DNA of 64,000 bases, taken from positions 384,001-448,000 of the forward strand of contig CAXNJO010000002.1 in the NCBI GenBank assembly GCA_964202905.1. Reading direction: 5' to 3'. Shown here in pieces: positions 1 to 10,777 of this stretch (positions are counted from its first letter, which is position 1; the number at the start of each line of letters is the position of its first letter). Below the pieces are notes generated by a model. It was not told where the DNA came from, did not search any database, and was given only the letters and a program-made list of their open reading frames with translations. A program made the position numbers and the translations under genes. Source of the stretch: Polyangiales bacterium (GTDB taxonomy: Bacteria; Myxococcota_A; Polyangia; Polyangiales; JADJQN01).

Positions 1-176
1 CGGCAGCAGCGCGACGGGCGCGTCGGCATCGAGCTCGCGCTCTTCTCCGAGTACGAAGAGCTCGTCGCGCTCCTGCGGCCCGCGGCGCTGCGCGCACCCC
101 GCCGCTGACGCCCGCGTGTCACGGCCCCGCGTGGGCGCGTCGCGGATCCGTTTGCGTGGCGGCGGGCGCGCGGACC

Positions 177-1310
177 ATGGTGCAGCCCGCGATGGAGAAG
201 CCCTCGAGAGCCAAGCGCGCGCGCCAGCCCGCTGATCCCGCGGAGCGCGCGGCCGTGATCGACGCCGAAGGGGCCGTGCTCGCCGAGGCGCGCGCGGCCC
301 GGGAGAGCGGACGCGACGAGGGCGAGGACGGCGGCGAGGGCCGCGAAGACGCCTTCTCCGACGAGGCGATCGCCGCCGCAGACGCCGCCTACGAGGACGT
401 CTCCGTGGCCGACGTGAAGCTGCCCGTCCCGCGGGGACGCGGCGCCGGCGGCACGGCGCTCTCGACGCAGGATCCGCTCGCCGCCTACATGCGCGACGTG
501 CAGCGCTACCCGCTGCTCACGCCCGACGAGGAACACACGCTCGCCGTGACCTACGCGCAGACGGGCGACGTGAAGGCGGCTGCGCGGCTCGTCACCGCGA
601 ACCTGCGCCTCGTCGTCAAGATCGCCTACGACTACCGGCGTGCGTACAAGAACCTCCTCGACCTCGTGCAGGAGGGGAACATCGGCCTCATGCAGGCCGT
701 GAAGAAGTACGACCCGTACAAGGGCGTGAAGCTCTCGTCGTACGCTGCCTGGTGGATCCGCGCGTACATCCTGCGCTTCATCCTCAACAACTGGCGCCTC
801 GTGAAGATCGGCACCACGCAGGCGCAACGCAAGCTCTTCTTCAACCTGTCGAAGGAGAAGGCGCGCCTCTCCGCGCTCGGCATCGAGCCGACACCGGAGC
901 TCATCGCCAAGCGCCTCGACGTGACCTCCGAGGAGGTCGAGATGATGGACCGCCGCCTCGGCGGCCACGACGTCTCCCTCGACACGCCGGTCGGCAGCGA
1001 CGGCGAGCAGGGCCCGGCGCGCGTCGAGCTGCTGCCCTCGAACCTCGGGCGCTCGGACGACTTCCTCGCGGACGCCGAGGTGCGCGGGATGCTGCACGAG
1101 AAGATCGGCGAGTTCGGCGCGCGGCTCACCGGCAAGGAGGCGATCATCTTCCGCGAGCGCATCCTCGCCGAAGACCCGCAGACGCTGCAGCAGCTCGGCG
1201 ATCTGTTCGGCGTCAGCCGCGAGCGCGTGCGGCAGATCGAGCAGCGGCTTCAGCAGAAACTCGAGCGGTTCCTGCGGGAGCAGCTCGGTGACGAAGTGCT
1301 CGAGGCGTGA
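177..1310 (+). CDS. rpoH: RNA polymerase sigma-32 (RpoH-family) factor
   Basis: Sigma70 regions (ANLRLVVKIA, DLVQEGNIGLMQAVKKYDP, GVSRERVRQIE) plus RpoH box WRLVKIGTTQAQRKLFFNL; acidic N-terminal extension; start uncertain (156/177/192). Confidence 0.9.
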   Translation: MVQPAMEKPSRAKRARQPADPAERAAVIDAEGAVLAEARAARESGRDEGEDGGEGREDAFSDEAIAAADAAYEDVSVADVKLPVPRGRGAGGTALSTQDPLAAYMRDVQRYPLLTPDEEHTLAVTYAQTGDVKAAARLVTANLRLVVKIAYDYRRAYKNLLDLVQEGNIGLMQAVKKYDPYKGVKLSSYAAWWIRAYILRFILNNWRLVKIGTTQAQRKLFFNLSKEKARLSALGIEPTPELIAKRLDVTSEEVEMMDRRLGGHDVSLDTPVGSDGEQGPARVELLPSNLGRSDDFLADAEVRGMLHEKIGEFGARLTGKEAIIFRERILAEDPQTLQQLGDLFGVSRERVRQIEQRLQQKLERFLREQLGDEVLEA

Positions 1311-2266
1311 GCGGCCCCGACGAGACCGGCGCGGCGGACGCGCCTCCGAGGGGGACGCTCTACGTCGTCGCGACGCCGATCGGCCACCTCGAGGACATCA
1401 CGCTCCGCGCACTCCGCGTGCTGCGCGAGGTCGACGCGATCCTCGCGGAGGACACGCGGCACACGCGCAAGCTGTGTGAGCGGCACGGCATCGGGACGCC
1501 GCTGCGCGCGTTCCACGCGCACTCGAGCGAACAGGCGCTCGCGCGGATCGTGGCGGAGCTCGTCGGCGGCGCGCGCCTCGCGCTCGTCTCGGATGCGGGC
1601 ACGCCGCTCGTGAGCGATCCGGGCGCGGCGCTCGTCGCGGTCGCCGCGCAGGAGGGCGTGCGCGTCGAGGCGCTGCCCGGTGCGAGCGCGCCGCTCACCG
1701 CGCTGGCGGTCGCCGGGCTGCGCGCGGACGGTTTCCGCTTCGTCGGCTTTCTCCCGCGGGGCGGCGGACGCCGCAAGCGCGCGCTCGAGCGGCTCGCGCG
1801 GGACCCGCAGACGACGGTGCTCTTCGAGGCCCCCAATCGCCTCGCGGACACGCTCGTCGATCTCGCCCGCGCCGCGGGCGGGACGCGCCGCGCGGCGGTG
1901 TGTCGCGAACTGACGAAGGCGTTCGAAGAGGTCGCGCGCGGCTCGCTCGACACGCTCGCGGCGCGCTTCGCGGGCGGCGCCCGCGGCGAGGTGACGGTCG
2001 TCGTCGAGGGGCTTGGCGCGGACGCCCCGGACGACACGCCGGACGACACCGATCCCGACGCGCTCGTGCGCGAGGCGCTCGCCGCCGGCGCGAGCGTCCG
2101 CGACGCGGCACGCCGACTCTCCGAGGCGACGCGCCTCGGCAAGCGGGAGGCCTACCAGCGCGTGCTCGCGATCGCCGGCGGCTCGCACGGCGAGGACGAG
2201 GGCGCGGACGACGCGGACGACGCGGACGACGCGGACGACGCGGACGACGCGGACGACGCGGGCTGA
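1307..2266 (+). CDS. rsmI: 16S rRNA (cytidine1402-2'-O)-methyltransferase
   Basis: LYVVATPIGHLEDIT.RAL, AEDTRHT, LVSDAGTPLVSDPG, CRELTK.FEE motifs; GTGA overlap with rpoH stop. Confidence 0.95.
   Translation: MSGPDETGAADAPPRGTLYVVATPIGHLEDITLRALRVLREVDAILAEDTRHTRKLCERHGIGTPLRAFHAHSSEQALARIVAELVGGARLALVSDAGTPLVSDPGAALVAVAAQEGVRVEALPGASAPLTALAVAGLRADGFRFVGFLPRGGGRRKRALERLARDPQTTVLFEAPNRLADTLVDLARAAGGTRRAAVCRELTKAFEEVARGSLDTLAARFAGGARGEVTVVVEGLGADAPDDTPDDTDPDALVREALAAGASVRDAARRLSEATRLGKREAYQRVLAIAGGSHGEDEGADDADDADDADDADDADDAG
2204..2260 (+). repeat. 9-bp tandem repeat (GCGGACGAC)x6 encoding (ADD)6 tail of RsmI
   Basis: Six perfect copies read directly, just before the stop codon. Confidence 0.95.
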
Positions 2267-2314
2267 GGCCCCGGCCCCGGCTGCATCGCGCGCCTCGTCG
2301 CGACGCGGGCTACC

Positions 2315-4243
2315 GTGATAGCCTCGCGCCCCGTGACGTCGACCTCGTCCCCGCTCCTCCGCCGCCCGTTCCCGAGCCGCCTACGTCTGCGCAGCCCGGG
2401 CCTCCGCCGCCTGGGTCTTCGCGGGGTCCCGCTCGCCGCCATGCTGTGGCTGGTAGGCGCCTGCGCGGGGACCCCGGGCGAGCCCATCGACGTCGGCATG
2501 CAGGTGAGTTGGCTCGACCAACCGGCCGGTACGCTCCCCGACGCGGTGGCCTCGATCTCGGTCACCGTCTTCACGGGCGACGACGACGCGACCGGCCTCG
2601 AGGCGGAGTACACGGTCGCGAACCTCCCCGACGACGACGGCGACGGCCGACCCGACCGCACGCTGAAGGGCCTCGCGACGGGCGTGCCGCTCCGCATCTC
2701 GCTCATCGGCTACGACGACGCCCGCGCGGCGGTGTACACCGGACGCCTCGGGCCGTTCATGCTCGAGGCCGGCGAGCGCCGCTTCCTCGACGTCCAGATG
2801 TACCCGCTGGGCTCGTCCGCGTCGCTCCCGGACCCGACGTTCACCGGGCGCTTCCTGCACACCGCGACGCCGCTCCCGGACGGCCGCGTGCTCATCGCGG
2901 GTGGCTTCACCGCGATCCGCCGCGTCGATCCGTGCCCGACGCCGTTCCCCGAGGCGGCCCACTGCTTCACCGCGACCGCGACGCGCGAGGCCTTCGTGTT
3001 CGCGCCCGGCACGGGGCGCTTCCGCGCCGTCGCCGACCCGCTCCTCGAGGCGCGCGGCGGTCACACCGCGACCGCCCTCCCCGATGGCCGCGTGCTCGTC
3101 GCGGGCGGCGCGAGCGAGGCGCTCATCGCCTTCACCCCCGTCGGCGACCCGATGGCGCCGCGCGGCTGGGCGCCGACGATCCTCGCGCAGGGCGCGACGG
3201 GCACGCCCACGGCGCGCGCCTCGTTCGAGATCTTCGACCCCGAGCGTAACGCGGAGGAGAACGACCCCGAGCGCGACGGCGACGACGGTCGCGGCGGCTT
3301 CGTCGGCGCCGCCGACGACGCGACGCGCCCCGGACGCCTCAACGGGCCGCGCTTCTTCCACGCCGCGGCCGCGGTCCCCGGCACCGACCTCGTGCTGCTC
3401 GCGGGCGGCGCGAACGCCGAGGCGTCGACGACCTTCGAGCTCTTCGACGACCGCCGCGCGGGCGGCTACGGCGTCTACCCGAACGACGGCGCGGCGCTGC
3501 TCGCCGGGCGCAGCGCACCGAGCGCGATCGGTGTCGGCTCGGGCGCGACCGCCAAGGTGTGGATCGTCGGCGGGCGCCGCGCGGCGTCGAACGACGAGCT
3601 CGCCGAGATCTGGACGCAGCCCACCGCGACCGCGCCCAACGGGACGCTCGTCGCGGCCACGTCGACCGGCTTCCCGGGCGCGATGGGCTCCGCCACGGAA
3701 GAGCGCCCCGAGTTCTCGACGCTGCGCCCCGAGCTCGCCGTCGTCGGCAGCAGCGGCAGCCACCTGCTCTCGGTCGGCTGGCTCGGCCCGCTCTGCGCCG
3801 AGGGCTCCACCGCGCCCGTGTTCGCGGGATCGACGGGCGGCGTCGAGGAGCTCTGCCCGACCGGCATGCCCGAGCGCAGCTTCACGACGCGCCTGAGCGG
3901 CGGCGCGACGATCGGCACGAGCTCCGGCTCGCCCCACGCGCTCGGCTCGAGCGCCCGCCTCGACGACGGCTCCTTCGTCGTCACCGGCGGGGTGAGCAAC
4001 CTCGTGATGACCGCGCAATCCGCCGTCGATCGCTTCACGGGCAACGTGATGGCGGATCGCGCCGTCCGCGAGTCCGGCGGCACGCGCATGGTCACGCTGC
4101 GCGCACAGCGCGCCCTCCACGCGAGCGCCGCGCTCCCCGGCAGCGGCGTGCTCAGCACGGGCGGCGTGGCCTTCACGCCCGACACGACGAGCGCCACGCT
4201 GGTCTCCCCCGCGGCCGAGGCGCTCTTCCTCCCGCCGCTCTGA
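2315..4243 (+). CDS. Kelch-repeat (beta-propeller) probable lipoprotein
   Basis: Repeated RxxHTATxLPDGRVLxAGG kelch motifs; lipobox-like LVGAC; start uncertain. Confidence 0.8.
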   Translation: MIASRPVTSTSSPLLRRPFPSRLRLRSPGLRRLGLRGVPLAAMLWLVGACAGTPGEPIDVGMQVSWLDQPAGTLPDAVASISVTVFTGDDDATGLEAEYTVANLPDDDGDGRPDRTLKGLATGVPLRISLIGYDDARAAVYTGRLGPFMLEAGERRFLDVQMYPLGSSASLPDPTFTGRFLHTATPLPDGRVLIAGGFTAIRRVDPCPTPFPEAAHCFTATATREAFVFAPGTGRFRAVADPLLEARGGHTATALPDGRVLVAGGASEALIAFTPVGDPMAPRGWAPTILAQGATGTPTARASFEIFDPERNAEENDPERDGDDGRGGFVGAADDATRPGRLNGPRFFHAAAAVPGTDLVLLAGGANAEASTTFELFDDRRAGGYGVYPNDGAALLAGRSAPSAIGVGSGATAKVWIVGGRRAASNDELAEIWTQPTATAPNGTLVAATSTGFPGAMGSATEERPEFSTLRPELAVVGSSGSHLLSVGWLGPLCAEGSTAPVFAGSTGGVEELCPTGMPERSFTTRLSGGATIGTSSGSPHALGSSARLDDGSFVVTGGVSNLVMTAQSAVDRFTGNVMADRAVRESGGTRMVTLRAQRALHASAALPGSGVLSTGGVAFTPDTTSATLVSPAAEALFLPPL

Positions 4244-4304
4244 GCCGACTGGGCGCGAGACCCGCGCCCGCGACGCGCCCGGCATGCGCGACCGCACGGC
4301 GACG

Positions 4305-4396
4305 TGAAACACGTGTTTCAGCCCGCCGTCCCCGCAAGTGGCGCGTTGCAGGGCGCTGGCGTGGTGGGCGTTTCACCAAGCGAAACGCGCGTTTCA
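4305..4396. promoter_or_regulatory. Pair of related palindromes TGAAACACGTGTTTCA (4305-4320) and CGAAACGCGCGTTTCA (4381-4396); putative protein-binding sites
   Basis: Perfect 16-bp and 14-bp inverted repeats sharing GAAAC-N4-GTTTC, 76 bp apart; extra half-site GTTTCA at 4370; function unknown. Confidence 0.5.
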
Positions 4397-4516
4397 ATTG
4401 GGCGTCCGCCGTCCGCGCCCGGTCTCCGCGCTCGCGCGCCGCGGCAGGGCGCCTCTCCGCCGGGCAGCGCGTGGGCGCGCCTCGACGCGTGCGCCCGTTG
4501 AACCCCGCGCGCGCGC

Positions 4517-5944
4517 TCAGAACTGCGCGGTGAGCGTCGCCGAGAGGTCGAACGTCATCGCCCCGTCGAGGCGGAACCGGCGCCCTGGGAGATCGACCGT
4601 CTCGCGATAGTTCGGGTTGATGATGCCCGTGCGGCAGCTCCCGATGCGCGGGTCGTCCGCGCTCGGCGTGAAGTTGGGATTGCACGCGTCCGCGAACGAG
4701 AGCAGGTGCGCCGTCGTGTACGAGAGCCCCGCCGCGAAGCCGAACTTCACGTAGCGCGCGGCCTGCATCTCCACCGCGACGCGCCCGCCGAAGCGTGCGT
4801 GCGACTGCGTGTCGGTGAGGCCGTAGAAGAAGCCCTTGCGGCGCGAGGCGTCGGCCGTGTTGCAGGGCATCCCCGTGTCCGTCTCGCAGACGGGGTTGGT
4901 GAGCCCGGTGTCGCTCGACGTGCCGAGGGCGTCGAAGAGCGGTGACCAGCTGCGCCCCTCGGACGTATAGGCGAAGGTGCCGCGGAAATCGAGGGTGAAG
5001 CGCTGGTAGCGCGCGCGCTGCTCCCACGGGATGACCGCGAGGCCGACCGTCGCCTCGGCGAGGAGCGGCGGGATCGAGTTCACGACACCCTCGAGCGCGC
5101 CGGACGGCACGAAGAAGCGGTCGCTCGCGGCGGGCCACTCGACCTGGAAGGCGAGGCCCGTGTACGGCTCGAGGTAGCGGTAGCGGTGCGAGCCGCGCGT
5201 CTCGATGCGGAGCGCGTTCGTGCCGCGCGAGATGCCGCCGTCGCCGTCGAAGAACCCGGGCGCGCCGTCCGCGCCGTAGGTCGCGCGGCAGTTGCCGCTG
5301 CCGCCGGACGGGTCGATCGGCCCCTTGCTGCACGCGCGCAGCGGGGCGCCGACGGCGAGCCGCCCCTCGACCATCACGAGCCAGGTCGGCAGCCAGGGCG
5401 TCCGGTACTGGTTCGTGATCCCCCACGCGAGGCCGACGTTGACGGTGTCGAGACCGGAGCGTGTGGGCGACTCGAACGGCACCGAGAAGGGCGAGGGCAC
5501 CTCGCCCGTCGTGTTGCCGCGGTTGATCCCGCGCAGCGAGCGGTCGTCGCTCAGCACGAGCGGGAGCCGCGCGTACACCATGAGGTCGTGGTAGAGGCCG
5601 GCCTCGAGGCCGAGCACGAGCGAGTTCGTGAGCGAGCGCGTGTCCGCGACGTCGACGTAGCGCGGCGTGCCCGGCAGATCGGCCGTCGCACCGGGGTCGC
5701 CCGGGTCGAGTGGAGGCGCCTCGCGCTGGATGCGTCCGCTCGTCTGCGAGCGCTCGAACGACACCGTGAGGTTGAGGTCGAACGGGTCGTCGTCGTCGAG
5801 CGCGTCGGCGATGTCCGTGTAGCTGGTGGGCGCGCCCATCAGCACGAGCGGCGGCTCGTCCGCGCGGGCCGGCGCGGTGCGCGACGCGAGGCCCATCCCG
5901 GCAAGCGCGGACGCCAGCGCGACCCGAAGAAAGCGGTTCTTCAT
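4517..5944 (-). CDS. Exported hypothetical protein, probable outer-membrane beta-barrel
   Basis: Signal peptide MKNRFLRVALASALAG...ARA; alternating amphipathic strands; C-terminal FDLSATLTAQF beta-signal-like end. Confidence 0.7.
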   Translation of the reverse strand: MKNRFLRVALASALAGMGLASRTAPARADEPPLVLMGAPTSYTDIADALDDDDPFDLNLTVSFERSQTSGRIQREAPPLDPGDPGATADLPGTPRYVDVADTRSLTNSLVLGLEAGLYHDLMVYARLPLVLSDDRSLRGINRGNTTGEVPSPFSVPFESPTRSGLDTVNVGLAWGITNQYRTPWLPTWLVMVEGRLAVGAPLRACSKGPIDPSGGSGNCRATYGADGAPGFFDGDGGISRGTNALRIETRGSHRYRYLEPYTGLAFQVEWPAASDRFFVPSGALEGVVNSIPPLLAEATVGLAVIPWEQRARYQRFTLDFRGTFAYTSEGRSWSPLFDALGTSSDTGLTNPVCETDTGMPCNTADASRRKGFFYGLTDTQSHARFGGRVAVEMQAARYVKFGFAAGLSYTTAHLLSFADACNPNFTPSADDPRIGSCRTGIINPNYRETVDLPGRRFRLDGAMTFDLSATLTAQF

Positions 5945-5953
5945 GCGGGGGCG

Positions 5954-5983
5954 AGGATAGGTTGGCGCCCGCGACGGGGTCAA
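5954..5983 (-). promoter_or_regulatory. Putative sigma70-type promoter (TTGACC-N18-TATCCT), near-leaderless
   Basis: Consensus-like hexamers ending 9 nt upstream of ATG 5944. Confidence 0.4.
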
Positions 5984-6002
5984 CAAGGGACGCGGTGCGC
6001 GC

Positions 6003-7295
<1,293 letters not shown>

Positions 7296-7487
7296 CGTCC
7301 TCGTCGCTCCCCTCGCCCTGCCAGGCAGCGGCCACCCGGACGTCGGCGCCGCCTCTGGTACTACGCCGCACGCGGGGGCGTCAACGCGCGGGGACGATGC
7401 GCACCGGGACGCGCCGCGCGCGCGGGTTGTCGCGGTCGCGCGGCCGACGTAGCTTCTGGCCTCCCCGTCCGCCCCCGGAGCCTTCGC

Positions 7488-8675
7488 ATGACGTCATCCC
7501 CCCCTTCTCCCGCCCGCGCCCCGCGCCTCGCCCGTGCCCTCGCCCTGACGGCCCTCGCCCTCGCCGCGTGCAGCGAGTCGAAGACCGCCGTCGGCACCGA
7601 TGCAGGCAGCGGCATCACGTTCGACGCCGGCCCCGATCTCGGCGCGCCCGACCTCGGCCCCGACCTCTCGGGCCCGCCCGCGTCCGGCAACGTCGGCGCG
7701 CCCTGCACGGGCGACGGCGAGTGCACTGGCGGCGCGCAGTGCGCCCCGGCGCCCGATTTTCCCGGCGGTTACTGCACGCAGCTCTGCGGCGACGTCGATT
7801 GCCCGACGGGCTCCGCGTGCACGCCCATCGACGGGCGCGGGACGATGATCTGTCTCGACGAGTGCGACCCCGCGGCCGCCACGCGCCAGTGCCGCATGGG
7901 CTACGGCTGCGCGCCGACGATGTTCGGGCCGGCCGTGTGCGTGCCCGGCTGCACCGACGACACCGACTGCACCGGCGGCACCGTCTGCGACCCGTCGGGC
8001 GGCTTCGCCGGCGCGTGCTACTCGCCGGACGCGAGCGTGGGTGACGCATGCACCGACGACGCGATGTGCCCGTCGGGCGGCTTCTGCTTCGCCGAGGCCT
8101 TCGGCGGCTGGCCGGACGGCATGTGCATCCTCTTCGGCTGCGACGCGACGGACGGGACGGGCTGTCCGGAAGGCGCGACCTGCATCCCCGGGCGCCGCAG
8201 CGGCCTCTGCGTGTCGGACTGCGCGACGGACGGCGACTGCCGCGCGGGCTACCGCTGCGCCGACAACGCGGCGCTCGCGGGCACCCGCTACTGCGCGCCG
8301 GTCCTCGCGGCCGCCGACATCGGGCAGCCCTGCTCGGGCATGGACGGCGTCGCCTGCGCCGGCGGCAGCTGCCTCCGCGAGATCGACACCGGCTACCCGG
8401 GCTCCTACTGCGCGCAGAACGGCTGCACGCCCGGCGCGAGCGCCTCGGGCTGCCCGGGCGACACCGTCTGCGTCGCCGACGGGACCACGAACCGCTGTCT
8501 CGACGCCTGCGCGGCCGAGGCCGATTGCCGTGACGGCTACGCCTGCACCCCGGTCGACCCCTCGGCGATGTCGGGCCCGAGCTACTGCAAGCCCGCCTGC
8601 ACCATGAACGTCCAGTGCGTGAACGACGGCGCCACCTGCGACACGGCGACCGGCCTCTGCGCGCCCCCTCCGTGA
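7488..8675 (+). CDS. Cys-rich repeat lipoprotein (myxobacterial type)
   Basis: Lipobox LALAAC; about three repeated modules (G.pC..D..C..g..C......PGGYC...C). Confidence 0.8.
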   Translation: MTSSPPSPARAPRLARALALTALALAACSESKTAVGTDAGSGITFDAGPDLGAPDLGPDLSGPPASGNVGAPCTGDGECTGGAQCAPAPDFPGGYCTQLCGDVDCPTGSACTPIDGRGTMICLDECDPAAATRQCRMGYGCAPTMFGPAVCVPGCTDDTDCTGGTVCDPSGGFAGACYSPDASVGDACTDDAMCPSGGFCFAEAFGGWPDGMCILFGCDATDGTGCPEGATCIPGRRSGLCVSDCATDGDCRAGYRCADNAALAGTRYCAPVLAAADIGQPCSGMDGVACAGGSCLREIDTGYPGSYCAQNGCTPGASASGCPGDTVCVADGTTNRCLDACAAEADCRDGYACTPVDPSAMSGPSYCKPACTMNVQCVNDGATCDTATGLCAPPP

Positions 8676-8748
8676 ACTGAGCCGACGCGCGACGGCGCGG
8701 CCCCCGCCGCGTCGTTCCCGGCGTCGCCCATCTCCGCAACGACCCGCC

Positions 8749-8782
8749 ACGCGCCGACCTCCCCCAAGGAGCGTCGGCGCGT
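8749..8782. terminator. GC-rich stem-loop between convergent genes, possible bidirectional terminator
   Basis: ACGCGCCGAC-CTCC...GGAG-C-GTCGGCGCGT inverted repeat. Confidence 0.4.
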
Positions 8783-8791
8783 CGCGTTTCG

Positions 8792-9721
8792 TCAGCCGCC
8801 GACCTCCGCCTCGCTCGCGAAGTGCACGAGCGAGCGGAACGCCGCGTACCGTTCGGCGATCTGCGCGCGCTCCACGGTCGCGAGGCGCTCGATGCCGATC
8901 CCCTCGACGCAGAAGCTCGCGAGCGCGCTCCCGTAGACGACCGCGCGGCGCAGCGTGCCGTGGCGCAGGTCGTCGTGCGCCGCGATGTAGCCGAGCAACC
9001 CGCCGGCGAACGTGTCGCCCGCGCCCGTCGGATCGACCACCTCGCCCGTCGGGTACGCCGGGGCGCTGAAGATCTCGTCCCCCTCGAAGAGCACCGCGCC
9101 GTGCTCGCCCTTCTTGATCACGACGATGCGCGGACCGAGCGTCATCAGCACGCGCGCCGCCTTCACGAGGTTGTTCACGCCCGAGAGCTCGCGCGCCTCC
9201 TCGTCGTTGACGACGAGCAGGTCGACCTCGGCGAGGGTCTTCTCGAGCGCCGCGCGCTCACCGCCGATCCAGAAGTTCATCGTGTCGGCGACGACGAGGC
9301 GTGGCTTGACCACCTGGCGCAGCACGTCGAGCTGGAGCGCGGGGTGGATGTTGCCGAGCATCACGTACGGCGTGTCGCGGAACGCGTCGGGGATCTTCGG
9401 GCTGAACTGCGCGAACACGTTGAGCGCCGTGCAGAGGCTGGTGCGCGAGGAGAGGTCCTCGGCGTAGCGCCCCTCCCAGTGGAAGGTGTCGCCGCTCATG
9501 TCGACCTCGAGGCCCGACGTGTCGACGCCGCGGGCGCGGAAACGCTCGATGGCGGACTCCGGGTAATCACGGCCGACGACGCCCACGAGCCGCACGGGCG
9601 CGAAGTGCGACGCCGCGAGGGACGCGTACGTGGCGGAGCCGCCGAGCACCTTCTCGAAGGAGCCCGTGGGCATGTGGAGCGTGTCGAACGCGACGGAACC
9701 GACGACCAGCATGGACGACAT
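8792..9721 (-). CDS. PfkB-family carbohydrate/nucleoside kinase
   Basis: VVGSVAFD, LGGSATY, VNDEEA, KKGEHG, VVDPTGAGDTFAGG. Confidence 0.92.
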   Translation of the reverse strand: MSSMLVVGSVAFDTLHMPTGSFEKVLGGSATYASLAASHFAPVRLVGVVGRDYPESAIERFRARGVDTSGLEVDMSGDTFHWEGRYAEDLSSRTSLCTALNVFAQFSPKIPDAFRDTPYVMLGNIHPALQLDVLRQVVKPRLVVADTMNFWIGGERAALEKTLAEVDLLVVNDEEARELSGVNNLVKAARVLMTLGPRIVVIKKGEHGAVLFEGDEIFSAPAYPTGEVVDPTGAGDTFAGGLLGYIAAHDDLRHGTLRRAVVYGSALASFCVEGIGIERLATVERAQIAERYAAFRSLVHFASEAEVGG

Positions 9722-9838
9722 GGAGCGTGCTCCTCTCGGGGACTTGCGAGGGCGCGCAGGCCGGGGCCCGACACGCCGCGGGGTTGACCGCGCGGGCGTC
9801 CCGCCTCGGAGGGCGCGGGGCGCGGCGCGCGGCGGAGG

Positions 9839-10696
9839 TCAGAGATAGCGGCCGGCGAGCGGCGCGAGCTTCGCGCGGGCGGCCGCGTCGATGTCCTCGC
9901 GGCTCGTGAGGATCGCGTGATGGAGGGCGTTCGTCGCGGGGCTCAGCGCGGGGTCCGGGACGTACTTCGTGAGGGCGCGCAGGACCGCCTGCGCCTTGCG
10001 GACGTTCTCGGAGAGCACGGCGATCACCGCCTCGACGCTCACCTCGGCCTCCACCTGATGCCAGCAGTCGTAATCGGTCGCGAGCGCGATCGACGCGTAC
10101 GGCAGCTCTGCCTCGCGCGCGAGTTTCGCCTCGGGCAGGTTCGTCATGCCGATGACGTCGACGCCCCACGAGCGGTAGAGGTTCGACTCGGCGCGCGTGG
10201 AGAACTGCGGCCCCTCCATGCAGACGTACGTGCCGCCCTTGTGGGCGCGCGCGCCCGTCTCGACGGCGGCGCGGTAGAGCGCGTCGCGCAGCGCCGCGTC
10301 GACGGGGTCACCGAAGGACACGTGGGCGACGACGCCGATGTCCTCGAAGAACGTCGAGGCGCGCTGCCGCGTGCGGTCGATGAACTGATCGACGAGCACG
10401 AGGTCGCCGGGGCGGATCGACTCCTTCATCGAGCCGACGGCCGACACCGCGACGAGCTGCTCGGCCCCGAGCTGCTTCAGCGCGAGGATGTTCGCGCGGT
10501 AGTTGATCTGGTGCGGCGCGACGCGGTGTCCGCGCCCGTGGCGCGGCAGGAAGAGGAAGCGCACCCCCTCGAGCATCCCCTCGAACACGACGTCCGACGG
10601 CTCGCCGTAGGTCGTGGTCACGCGGTGCTCGCGGACGTCCGCGAGGCCATCCATCCGATAGAGCCCGCTGCCGCCGATCACGCCGAGGGTACGCAC
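9839..10696 (-). CDS. mtnP: S-methyl-5'-thioadenosine phosphorylase
   Basis: GVIGGSGLY, FLPRHGRGH, INYRANI, CMEGPQFSTRAES, GMTNLPEAKLAREAE, TDYDCW. Confidence 0.95.
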   Translation of the reverse strand: MRTLGVIGGSGLYRMDGLADVREHRVTTTYGEPSDVVFEGMLEGVRFLFLPRHGRGHRVAPHQINYRANILALKQLGAEQLVAVSAVGSMKESIRPGDLVLVDQFIDRTRQRASTFFEDIGVVAHVSFGDPVDAALRDALYRAAVETGARAHKGGTYVCMEGPQFSTRAESNLYRSWGVDVIGMTNLPEAKLAREAELPYASIALATDYDCWHQVEAEVSVEAVIAVLSENVRKAQAVLRALTKYVPDPALSPATNALHHAILTSREDIDAAARAKLAPLAGRYL

Positions 10697-10777
10697 ATCG
10701 ATCTCCCTGAAAAACGGGCCGACCCTAACACGCGACGCCCTCCCCGCAACGGACGTCGCGCGCCGGTGTCGGGGCCG

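Noticed and set aside
4301..4400. Possible CRISPR repeats (GTTTCAAT/GAAAC ends) or canonical parS site
   Set aside because: No repeated ~30-37 bp unit with spacers, no cas genes; half-sites are inverted relative to the parS consensus
4304..4501. 65-aa ORF in the intergenic gap
   Set aside because: No RBS or motif and atypical codon usage; kept only as a possibility within the palindrome finding
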